The translations under genes were made by a program, and so were the position numbers. The notes beneath the pieces were generated by a model. The model saw only the letters and a program-made list of their open reading frames with translations, made no database searches and had not been told where the DNA came from. A stretch of DNA of 64,000 nucleotides from Candidatus Bipolaricaulia bacterium (GTDB taxonomy: Bacteria > Bipolaricaulota > Bipolaricaulia > RBG-16-55-9), in contig JBDGQO010000033.1 of NCBI GenBank assembly GCA_042219045.1, forward strand, positions 32,001-96,000. Reading direction: 5' to 3'. Shown piece by piece: positions 1 to 8,368 of this stretch; position 1 is the first letter of the stretch, and the number at the start of each line of letters is the position of its first letter.

Positions 1-2
1 AT

Positions 3-356
3 CAACGGGCCCACATTCGCCTGGGGAAGCCCCACTTTTGGGGCTTCAACTTTGCCGTGCGTCGGGACGTCTTCCGGCGAGCCGGTGGGTTCGACACCCG
101 GCTCAAGCTGGCGGAGGATCTCGATCTCGGCTTGCGTCTGCAGGACGCGTTGGATCGGGGCGAGCGCATCGTTTACGCGCCGGAGATGCGCGTGTTCAGC
201 TCGAGCCGACGGTATCGCTTGAACCGCGATTGGCTGCGGTATACGCTCGATGGATATCGCGCCTACGTCGCCCGGGCTTGGCTCGGTCGAATCCCGGCTT
301 GGATGTGTGTGGATCCGACCGTCATTTCCGGCCGAGACGGGAACCAGCGGTTGTAA
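3..356 (+). CDS. Glycosyltransferase family 2, C-terminal part (5' truncated by window)
   Basis: Frame open from window edge; GFNFAVRRDVFRRAGGFD...AEDLDL and SSRR motifs typical of GT2. Confidence 0.8.
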   Translation, partial: QRAHIRLGKPHFWGFNFAVRRDVFRRAGGFDTRLKLAEDLDLGLRLQDALDRGERIVYAPEMRVFSSSRRYRLNRDWLRYTLDGYRAYVARAWLGRIPAWMCVDPTVISGRDGNQRL

Positions 357-431
357 GCGTCAAGCCGGGATTGAGCTGCCATGCATGGATAACGCTGTCG
401 ACAACCCTCGCGCCATAAGGATGAATCGACT

Positions 432-2117
432 GTGGGTTCTAAACTCGCGATCTTTGCGCTGGACGGGGCTTCACCGGAGTTGGTCGAACGGTGGGCCGGT
501 GAAGGCCATTTGCCGACCCTCGCATCGTTGATGGACCGCGGTGCTTTTGGGCCATTGGAGAGCACGATCCCGCCCGTCACGGGCGCCGCCTGGGGCTCGT
601 TTCTCAGCGGTGTCACGCCCGGCCGCCACGGGATCTTCGAGTGGCTCGATCGGCGGGACACCGGCTACGGCATGAAGCTGACCGACGGGCGGCTGTTGCC
701 GTCGAATCTGATCTTTGAGCATCTCAGCAACCACGGCCAGCGCGTCGGCGTCATGAGCGTGCCGTTGGTCGATCGGGATCGCGACCTGAACGGCTTTCTC
801 ATTACCGATCTCCTGACGCCCCCGGATCGGCCCTATGCCAAGCCGGCGGACTTCCAGTCGCGGTTGGAGCGCGCCATCGGGGGACGGTATCCCGTGACAC
901 CGCCGGTGTGGCCCGGCCGCTATCGGGCCCGAAAATGGCTGCGCGAGCTCCAAGCGTCGTTGGAGGCGCGCATGCGCGCCGCGCAGTATGCGCTCAACCA
1001 TGAGCCGTGGGACGTGTTCATGGTCCACGTCATGGAGACCGACTCCGTCCAGCACCAGATGTGGCAAGCCATCGACGGGCTCCATCGGCCGCGCTATCGC
1101 GTGGACGTGGAGGGCAATCCCGTGCTCGATATTTATCAACAGGCCGACGCGTGGATCGGCCGCTGTCTCGAGGACCTGGATGAGGACACCACGGTCATGG
1201 TCATCTCCGACCACGGCTTCGGCACGCATCTGTACAACCTTCATACGAACGTCTGGCTGCTCCAGCAGGGATTTTTGAACCTGCGGACCAATATGTCGAC
1301 CCGCCTGAAGAAGTTGATGTTCCAGGCAGGCATCACCCCGGAGAACCTCTACCCCTCGCAAGAGTGGCTCCGGCTGCTCGGGCAAGTCGGCGGCGACGAG
1401 GCGTACGAACTCCTGGCGCGAACCAATCTGTCGACGCAGAACATCGACTGGGATCGCACGGTCGCGTTCTCCTACGGCAACATCGGCCAGGTGACGCTCA
1501 ACATGGCCGGCCGAGAGCCCGAAGGCAGCGTCACCGAAGGTCGGCGAGATGGGGTTCTGAATGAGATCCAGGAGGCGCTCCAGGAGTGGCGCAATCCCGA
1601 GACTGGCGAGCGGGTGGTCGACACCGATCATATCTATCGGCGCGAGGCGATCTACACCGAGCCGACCCTGCCCCACGTGCCCGACTTGCTCTTTCTCCCG
1701 ACGCCGGGTTACACGCCCATTGGCCTGACGGAGTTCCTCGCCAATCGGCCCATTACGTATCCCGTGGCGCATTCCGGTTGGCATCGACTCGACGGCGTCT
1801 TCATTGGCGCCGGCCCGGGCATCGCGTCCGGTCGGCCAACCGACCTCCGGTTGCTGGACATGTACCCGACGATCTGCGCGTTGGTCGGATTGCCATCTCC
1901 GGCGGGCCTGGACGGGCGCGTCATGACGTCAGTGCTAACTCCAGAGGTGGCCCAGCAACGGCCGAGCGCACCCTCGCGGGAATCGGCCGAGCGCGGCGAT
2001 CAGGAGGCCGAAGCGTCGGACGGCGCTTCGGCGGACGACTCGCCGGGCGATGGGGCCTTGACACCCGAGGAGGAAGCGGAGATTCGCGAACGGCTCAAGG
2101 GCTTGGGATACCTCTGA
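432..2117 (+). CDS. Alkaline-phosphatase-superfamily (type I phosphodiesterase/nucleotide pyrophosphatase) protein
   Basis: LDGA, STIPPVT..AW, PGRHGIF, ETDSVQH, ISDHGFG, GWHR motifs; C-terminal ERLKGLGYL. Confidence 0.85.
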   Translation: MGSKLAIFALDGASPELVERWAGEGHLPTLASLMDRGAFGPLESTIPPVTGAAWGSFLSGVTPGRHGIFEWLDRRDTGYGMKLTDGRLLPSNLIFEHLSNHGQRVGVMSVPLVDRDRDLNGFLITDLLTPPDRPYAKPADFQSRLERAIGGRYPVTPPVWPGRYRARKWLRELQASLEARMRAAQYALNHEPWDVFMVHVMETDSVQHQMWQAIDGLHRPRYRVDVEGNPVLDIYQQADAWIGRCLEDLDEDTTVMVISDHGFGTHLYNLHTNVWLLQQGFLNLRTNMSTRLKKLMFQAGITPENLYPSQEWLRLLGQVGGDEAYELLARTNLSTQNIDWDRTVAFSYGNIGQVTLNMAGREPEGSVTEGRRDGVLNEIQEALQEWRNPETGERVVDTDHIYRREAIYTEPTLPHVPDLLFLPTPGYTPIGLTEFLANRPITYPVAHSGWHRLDGVFIGAGPGIASGRPTDLRLLDMYPTICALVGLPSPAGLDGRVMTSVLTPEVAQQRPSAPSRESAERGDQEAEASDGASADDSPGDGALTPEEEAEIRERLKGLGYL

Positions 2118-2917
2118 ACGGGAGCGCTCAGCCCGCCGATTCCGCTGAAGACGAGCCCGAAGGCCAACCCGAGCACGAGCCCCCGCAGCCCGAACGTGGC
2201 CATCGGCGCATTGAGCGTTGGCGCCAGGACCTTGAGCGCCTCGTCTCCGCGAAACAACGGGGCGGCCAACGTCAAAGCCAGTATCGCCAGGACCAGGAAC
2301 ATGCCGTAGAACGCGCCCAACAGAATGAACGGAATACGCAGGGTGCTCGGGGGAGCTCCCGCCATCTGCAACAGGTCAATCGGGCCCTCAAAGTCGGTCC
2401 GCGCCTCGCGCAAGGCCCCATAGAGACAGCCGATGGCCAGAACGATCAGGGCGGCGAGGGCCAGCCCGACGAGGGGGCCGTTGTGGGACAGCCAGACGCG
2501 CGCGGCGTTCGGTGAGCGCTCCGGCTGTTGGACGGCCCGGATCTCGTCCCAGCCCTGAAGGCGCTGCAGCGTGGCGTCGGCGTCGGCGCCAGCATCCAGG
2601 GTCAGCACAAAGTGGCCATCCCGGTCGCTGTCGGGGGCCGTGGGCGGCGGGCCGAAGCGGTAGTGGGCCTGGGCGACGTCCGGGTCCGCGCGAAGCGTTT
2701 CGTAGAGCTCGCCGATCCGCTCTTGGGAGAGCCCAGGATCGGGGACGGCATACATTTGCGTCTGCACCGTCGAGGTCGCCGGATCCGCGATCACGGAGAC
2801 GACGACCATCGCAGCTACCGTCAACGCGGTAAGCAGGATCGCCAACGCGGCCAATCCCCACGAGCGGACCGTCAATGATCGGATGAGCTCCTGGAACGCC
2901 ACGGCTGCCGGGCTCAA
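2000..2917 (-). CDS. ftsX: FtsX-like permease
   Basis: TM-extracytoplasmic domain-3 TM layout, IDLLQMAGA...LRIPFILLG resembles the FtsX motif; TTG start overlaps the stop of the upstream ftsE-like gene. Confidence 0.65.
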   Translation of the reverse strand: MSPAAVAFQELIRSLTVRSWGLAALAILLTALTVAAMVVVSVIADPATSTVQTQMYAVPDPGLSQERIGELYETLRADPDVAQAHYRFGPPPTAPDSDRDGHFVLTLDAGADADATLQRLQGWDEIRAVQQPERSPNAARVWLSHNGPLVGLALAALIVLAIGCLYGALREARTDFEGPIDLLQMAGAPPSTLRIPFILLGAFYGMFLVLAILALTLAAPLFRGDEALKVLAPTLNAPMATFGLRGLVLGLAFGLVFSGIGGLSAPVQRYPKPLSRSRISASSSGVKAPSPGESSAEAPSDASAS

Positions 2918-3633
2918 GTTTCGGCCTCCTCCCCCGACGTCCCGACCGCGGCCAGTGCCGAATCGGAGATCGGATAGAGTGTGCCCTCCTGGAGCCGGTA
3001 CGTCGATGACGGGGCGTCGTGAACCGCCTCGGCCTGTGTCGTGGTCGTGAGGATGCTGAGGCGCCGGCGCAGGTGGAGCCGCTCTAACAACTGGAGATAC
3101 CGGCGCCGTTGCGGGTCGTCCAGTTCGCTGAGCGGGTCATCAAGCAGCAACAACACGGGATCGTGGCTGAGGGCCAGAGCCAAGTGGAAGCGCTGCCGCT
3201 CGGGCTCATTGAGCTCGTCAACGGCCCGATCGCCAAGGTCAGCCAGCTCAACGAGCGAGAGCACCTCTTGGGCTTTCATCGACGCGTCCGGGGAGCTGGT
3301 GCCGAGCGCGCGACGGACGAAGACGAGCGCCCCCATAAGCGTCTGGCGTCGCAGCGTCGGCGGGTTGCGCGGGACAATGCCGATGCGTCGACGGAGCTCG
3401 CGGAGCCGGTCCGGATGGATACGGCTGATGTTGCGGTCGTCAACGAGGATCTGGCCGTGATCCGGACGAATCTCGCCGCAGATAACCTGCAAGAGCGCCG
3501 TCTTGCCCGAACCTTGGGGCCCGATGACGCTGGCCCACTCTCCGCGGTGGAGGCGGAAGTGCAGGTCCTCGAAGACGGCCCGTTGATCCTCGTCCCTTAG
3601 CATCAACTCCGAGATCTGCACCATGATCGCCAT
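2914..3633 (-). CDS. ftsE: FtsE-like ABC ATP-binding protein with degenerate catalytic motifs
   Basis: Walker A GPQGSGKT, LRRRIGIV, ALALSHDPVLLLLD; adjacent to ftsX-like gene. Confidence 0.7.
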   Translation of the reverse strand: MAIMVQISELMLRDEDQRAVFEDLHFRLHRGEWASVIGPQGSGKTALLQVICGEIRPDHGQILVDDRNISRIHPDRLRELRRRIGIVPRNPPTLRRQTLMGALVFVRRALGTSSPDASMKAQEVLSLVELADLGDRAVDELNEPERQRFHLALALSHDPVLLLLDDPLSELDDPQRRRYLQLLERLHLRRRLSILTTTTQAEAVHDAPSSTYRLQEGTLYPISDSALAAVGTSGEEAET

Positions 3634-3648
3634 CGCGGTCGCCTCCTG

Positions 3649-4527
3649 TCAGGCTCCAGCTTGGGCTCGCACGAAGCGCGGCCGGCCGGCTTGATCCGAG
3701 CGGATCTCCCATGTCTCAATGGCATCCGCCTGAGCCAACATGTCGGCCACCGCGTCGCGCTGGGCTGCGCCGATTTCCAAATACATTCGACCGCCGGGCA
3801 CGAGCAACCGAGGGGCATCGGCGATAAGCTGCTTGAGCGCGCGCGTTCCCTGAGGCCCGCCGTCGAGCGCGACCGCAGGTTCGTGATCCCGCACGTCCGC
3901 AGGCAGCTCGGCCCACGCCTCCGTTGCCACGTAGGGCGGGTTGGTGACGATCAGATCGAATTGGCCTTGCAGGGCCGATCCCCAGTCAGCGCAGACGAAG
4001 CGAACGCGTTCGGCGACGCCGTTGTCGCGGGCGTTGGCCTGGGCCAACGCCAGCGCCCCGGGCGCGCGATCCACGGCGATCATCGTCGTCATGGGCCAGG
4101 CGAGCGCCAGTGCCACGGCCATGGCGCCCGACCCGGTCCCGAAGTCGATCGCCCGCTCGGGGACGGCCGACGACGATGACGTGTCCTGAATGACCCACTC
4201 GACGAGCTCCTCGGTCTCTGGGCGGGGAATCAGCACATCCGGCGTGACGCGCAGTGACGCGTCCATAAACGGCATGGATTCCAACAGATACGCCAGTGGC
4301 ACGCCCTTGCGCCGCTGGCGTATCAGCGTGCGGTACCGCGCTCGTTCCGTGGCGTTCAGCACGCGGTCGGGCGACAGATAGAGGCGAAGCCGATCGTCGC
4401 CCAGTGCGTGAGCCAGCAACGATTCCGCCTCGAAGCGGGAGGCTTCAATGCCGCCATCCCGCAAATAGCCAGTCGTCCACGCCAAGACGCGGCGAACGGT
4501 CCATTCGCCGCTCTCCGACGAGGTCAC
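3649..4527 (-). CDS. prmC: Release factor glutamine methyltransferase
   Basis: VLIPRPETE, DFGTGSG, NPPY, ALDGG; GTG start at 4527 preceded by GAAGGGGG. Confidence 0.95.
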   Translation of the reverse strand: MTSSESGEWTVRRVLAWTTGYLRDGGIEASRFEAESLLAHALGDDRLRLYLSPDRVLNATERARYRTLIRQRRKGVPLAYLLESMPFMDASLRVTPDVLIPRPETEELVEWVIQDTSSSSAVPERAIDFGTGSGAMAVALALAWPMTTMIAVDRAPGALALAQANARDNGVAERVRFVCADWGSALQGQFDLIVTNPPYVATEAWAELPADVRDHEPAVALDGGPQGTRALKQLIADAPRLLVPGGRMYLEIGAAQRDAVADMLAQADAIETWEIRSDQAGRPRFVRAQAGA

Positions 4528-4736
4528 TTTTGCCCCCTTCTCAATTGATGCGCTCACCACCGCTGGCTGCACGTTGTCAAGGTAGCATGCCCATTGTCAA
4601 AAGGTCAAGACTGGACTAATATGCTTGTTCCGACGAATTGCAAAGTCCGATGGAGTTGCACGGTGGCCTACAGACTGGGCTACCACGGGATAACGCGGCG
4701 CTGAGGTTATCGACGCCGCTCTATCGATAGGGATCC

Positions 4737-5819
4737 ATGACCATGCGCAAGCTACTGCGTGTGCTGCCCCTTTATGTAGGTTTGGCCGCCATCGGGGCGC
4801 TTACGGTTGCGATCCAGCAACCGCTCGCTGAGATCCCCGACCTGCTCGGCGTGCCCGCGTGGACAACGCAACTGCTTGCCGGTGTCCTCGCAGGCCTGAT
4901 CGTTGCTGGGACGTTCCACGTCGTGACGCGAACCGTCAAGCGCCGCCTTGCCGAGGGCGGCGGCGTGGCGTTCCTGAACGGCGGCCTCCTGGCGCTCATG
5001 GGGGCGCTCCTCGGGCTCGTTGGGTTCTTCATTCTGGAGCTGTTGTTCCGGCCAAGCCCATGGTTGGAGCTGGCTGAGTCCGGACTGATCGTCTTCTTGA
5101 CGTTTCTGGGCTTCCTCATCGGCTACCGCGAGGAGAACCTGTTTGCGACGCTCGTGGGCGGGGTGCCCGCGCTGCGCGACCAGCCGACGACCCCCGCGAA
5201 AGTGCTGGACACGAGCGTGATCATCGATGGCCGCATCGAGGACCTAGTGCAGACGGGGTTCGTCGAGGGACAGCTGGTGATTCCGCAGTTCGTGTTGGAG
5301 GAGTTGCAACAGATCGCGGATTCGGCGGACAATCTCCGGCGCCGTAAGGGGCGTCGTGGCTTGGACGTATTGCGCGCGCTGCGCGACAATGCCGATCTGG
5401 ACGTCCAGATCGGCGATACGGACTTTCCCGAGGTCAGTGCCGTTGACAGGAAACTGATCCAGCTGGCCAAGGAACTGGAGGCCGACCTGCTGACGACGGA
5501 CTTCAACCTCAACAAGGTTGCGCAGGTTGAGGACATCCAGGTCCTGAACATCAACAAGCTCGCCAATGCGGTCAAGCCGCGCTTCATTCCCGGCGAGGAG
5601 CTCGAGGTCGAGGTCATCGACCGCGGCGAAGAGATCGGGCAAGGAGTCGGCTACCTTGACGACGGCACCATGGTCGTCATTGAGAACGGACGGCGGTTTA
5701 TCGGCAGGACGGTCCGCGCGACCGTGTCGAGTTCGCTCCAGACGGACGCGGGCAAGATGCTATTCGTGCGCCCCAAGGGCGAAGTCAACGAGGGCTGGGC
5801 TGAGTCCTCGTCGTCCTAA
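4737..5819 (+). CDS. Membrane PIN/TRAM-domain protein (YacL-like)
   Basis: 4 TM helices, VLDTSVIIDGRI PIN motif, QGVGYLDDGTMVV TRAM motif; upstream of ispD. Confidence 0.92.
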   Translation: MTMRKLLRVLPLYVGLAAIGALTVAIQQPLAEIPDLLGVPAWTTQLLAGVLAGLIVAGTFHVVTRTVKRRLAEGGGVAFLNGGLLALMGALLGLVGFFILELLFRPSPWLELAESGLIVFLTFLGFLIGYREENLFATLVGGVPALRDQPTTPAKVLDTSVIIDGRIEDLVQTGFVEGQLVIPQFVLEELQQIADSADNLRRRKGRRGLDVLRALRDNADLDVQIGDTDFPEVSAVDRKLIQLAKELEADLLTTDFNLNKVAQVEDIQVLNINKLANAVKPRFIPGEELEVEVIDRGEEIGQGVGYLDDGTMVVIENGRRFIGRTVRATVSSSLQTDAGKMLFVRPKGEVNEGWAESSSS

Positions 5820-5940
5820 CGAGGACCCGTCCGTGGGACGGAGACGGAAGTGTTCCGGGCGCTTGATGGTCTGGATGGCAACGCCGCAACCGCGGCTTTG
5901 GAGCACCGACAACTCAATATGATGCGGGAACTGATAGATC

Positions 5941-6645
5941 ATGCGTGATGGCGACGTCGGCGCCGTGCTGTTGGCCGCGGGTCGAGGCCAGCGTATGGGC
6001 GCGGACATGCCCAAGGCCTACCTGCCATTGGGTGAGAAGCCGATCCTGCAGCACAGCCTCGAGACATTCGACGCCAGCGCGCTGGTGGGCGAGATCGTCC
6101 TGGTGACCCACCCGAGCGATCGCGAGCTTCTCGAGGCCCATGTCTTGGGAAGCTATGCTCCCCGAACGCAGGTGAAAGTCATCTACGGCGACGAACATCG
6201 ACAGGATTCGGTCCAGGCGGGCGTCCGGGCCGCGCGGTCACCCTGGGTTGCCGTCCACGATGCAGCTCGGCCGTTTGTGACGGATGCGCTGTTCGTCAGC
6301 TGCATTGAGGCGGCCGAAACCTATCGGGCCGCGCTGCCGGTCGTGTCGGTCCCCGATACCGTCAAGGCGGTCGATGAGGATGCGTTCTCGCTCGGCGACG
6401 TCGACCGTGAGACGCTCCGACTCGCCCAGACGCCCCAGTGTTTCGAGCAACTGCTGCTGGATCGTTCCCTTGACGACGCCGAACGGGAAGGGCGCTATTT
6501 CACGGACGAGGCCGGTGTCGTGCTCGCCACCAGCGGGATCAAGTCGCGAATCGTGCCGGGCGAGATGACCAACTGGAAGATCACAACGCCTCAGGATCTG
6601 GCGCTGGCCGAGGCAATGCTGAATGCCGGGCTGGTGGCTCCTTAA
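5941..6645 (+). CDS. ispD: 2-C-methyl-D-erythritol 4-phosphate cytidylyltransferase
   Basis: LAAGRGQRMG..PK, RQDSV, VHDAARPF, QTPQ, KITTPQDL. Confidence 0.95.
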   Translation: MRDGDVGAVLLAAGRGQRMGADMPKAYLPLGEKPILQHSLETFDASALVGEIVLVTHPSDRELLEAHVLGSYAPRTQVKVIYGDEHRQDSVQAGVRAARSPWVAVHDAARPFVTDALFVSCIEAAETYRAALPVVSVPDTVKAVDEDAFSLGDVDRETLRLAQTPQCFEQLLLDRSLDDAEREGRYFTDEAGVVLATSGIKSRIVPGEMTNWKITTPQDLALAEAMLNAGLVAP

Positions 6646-6730
6646 CCCCGGAGCCCATCGACGCCCTCCAGCTATCCTGCGCGCCGCTCGATCAGGATCG
6701 CCAATTCTTTCGCATTTGTTGGCCAATTGC

Positions 6731-6759
6731 TTGATCGGTCGCGTCGGGCGTCGTACACT
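6731..6759 (+). promoter_or_regulatory. Sigma70-type promoter of the M16 peptidase operon
   Basis: TTGATC-17 bp-TACACT. Confidence 0.55.
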
Positions 6760-6877
6760 CGCTCGGGATCTGTCGCAAGCCGTTCACCGGACGTTACCTT
6801 GACGGCTACCGAGCAAGGCGCGTCTGGATCGACGGAAAAATCTCGACGCAGCCACCAACAACAGGAGGTATGTCACG

Positions 6878-8368
6878 ATGGAGCGATTGGGTGTGATCGT
6901 CCTGGTTGCGGCGGCAGCGATTGCCGGCGCCGTGCTCTTGTTGACGCAGGCGCCGACGGCGCCGGAGCCGCAGCCAACGCCCCCGGCCACGGATGACTCG
7001 TCATCGACGACGTCTGAACAGGGCCAAGAAGAAACTGAGCAGTCGTCGGACGAACAAGCCGACACGGACGCCGAGACCGGCGATGCCGAGGCGACCGGTG
7101 ACTCGACCTCCGCTCTGTCCGAGCGGACGCTCGATAACGGCCTCAACGTGATCGTTTACGAGGATCATACCGCGCCCGTGGTGGCGGTCAACGTCTGGTA
7201 CCACGTTGGCTCACGCAACGAACCTCGCGACAAGCAGGGCATGGCCCACATGCTGGAGCACATGATGTTCAAGGGCTCCAAGAACATTGCGCCCGAGGAG
7301 CACGCCAAGCTGATCAACCAAGCCGGCGGCTCCAACAACGCCTTCACGCGTGAGGACGTGACGGTCTATTTCGAGACACTGCCCCAGGAGAAGTTGGAAC
7401 TGGCGCTCCGGCTGGAGGCCGAGCGGATGCAGAACCTCATCATCGCGCCCGAACAGTTCAAGTCCGAACGGAAAGTCGTCAAGGAGGAGTTCCGCGCCCG
7501 CTTGGAGAACAACCCGACGTCGCGGGCCCTGCAACGCTTCCGCAAGATCGCGTTTGAGGGGACGCCTTACGCCTGGACGGCCGCCGGTAACCCTGAGGAT
7601 CTCGACAACATCACCGTGGCCGATCTGAAGCGCTTCTACGACACCTATTACGTGCCGAACAACGCCGCGCTCGTCATCGCGGGAGACGTCGAGCCGAAGC
7701 GAGCGTTCGAGTTGACGCGGAAGCACTTCAGCGACATTCCGCGAGGCAAGCAGCCGGAGGAACCCGACGTGGCCATGCCGACCCCCGAACAGATGCGGAC
7801 CGAGCAGGTTAAAATGCCCGTCCAGCTGCCCGCGGTCATCGGCGGCTACCCGTTGCCCGAAGCCGGCAGCGAGGCGGCGACGGCGCTGCAGGTGGCCGGG
7901 ACGATCCTGTCCCAGGGCGAGAGCTCGCGGCTGAAGCAGTCGATCGTGCGCGATCAGGGCTTGGCCGTTGCAGCAGGGGGCGTGCCGCGGTTCTACGAAG
8001 ACCTGGGCATGATGCTTCTGTTCGCCTTCTACACCCCGGGTCAGAGTTCGGACAAGGTCCAATCGGCCCTCTTGGACGAGATCGCCAAGCTGCGCAACGA
8101 GCCCGTGGGCGATCGCGAGCTGCAGAAGGCGAAGAATCAGCTCAAGTCCCAGTACGTCTTCAACCTCGATTCGATCAACGGCGTCGCCAACGCCATCGGC
8201 GAAGCGGAAGTGATTCGCGGGGATGCCCAGCACTTCCTCGACGGCAAGTCGCGCTATGAGGACGTGACCGCCGAGGACGTGCAGCGCGTCGCGCAGAAGT
8301 ATCTGACCAAGGATCGGCTAACGCTCGTTCAACTCGTGTCGCAGCAGAGAGGAGGCTCGTCGCAATGA
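6878..8368 (+). CDS. M16 family zinc peptidase, catalytic subunit, N-terminal membrane anchor
   Basis: HMLEH inverted zinc motif, NAFT, ERKVVKEE; hydrophobic N-terminus plus acidic linker; AGGAGG RBS. Confidence 0.92.
   Translation: MERLGVIVLVAAAAIAGAVLLLTQAPTAPEPQPTPPATDDSSSTTSEQGQEETEQSSDEQADTDAETGDAEATGDSTSALSERTLDNGLNVIVYEDHTAPVVAVNVWYHVGSRNEPRDKQGMAHMLEHMMFKGSKNIAPEEHAKLINQAGGSNNAFTREDVTVYFETLPQEKLELALRLEAERMQNLIIAPEQFKSERKVVKEEFRARLENNPTSRALQRFRKIAFEGTPYAWTAAGNPEDLDNITVADLKRFYDTYYVPNNAALVIAGDVEPKRAFELTRKHFSDIPRGKQPEEPDVAMPTPEQMRTEQVKMPVQLPAVIGGYPLPEAGSEAATALQVAGTILSQGESSRLKQSIVRDQGLAVAAGGVPRFYEDLGMMLLFAFYTPGQSSDKVQSALLDEIAKLRNEPVGDRELQKAKNQLKSQYVFNLDSINGVANAIGEAEVIRGDAQHFLDGKSRYEDVTAEDVQRVAQKYLTKDRLTLVQLVSQQRGGSSQ

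Noticed and set aside
4594..4610. CtsR-box-like GTCAA repeats upstream of yacL
   Set aside because: The repeat period is 8 bp rather than the 10 bp of CtsR heptads. It is kept only as a generic repeat finding.
6761..6825. GCAAGCC...GGCTACCGA stem in the M16 leader resembling the 3' half of a c-di-GMP-I riboswitch
   Set aside because: The GGCAAAC/GNRA-tetraloop stem is missing, and the outer stem overlaps the predicted TSS.
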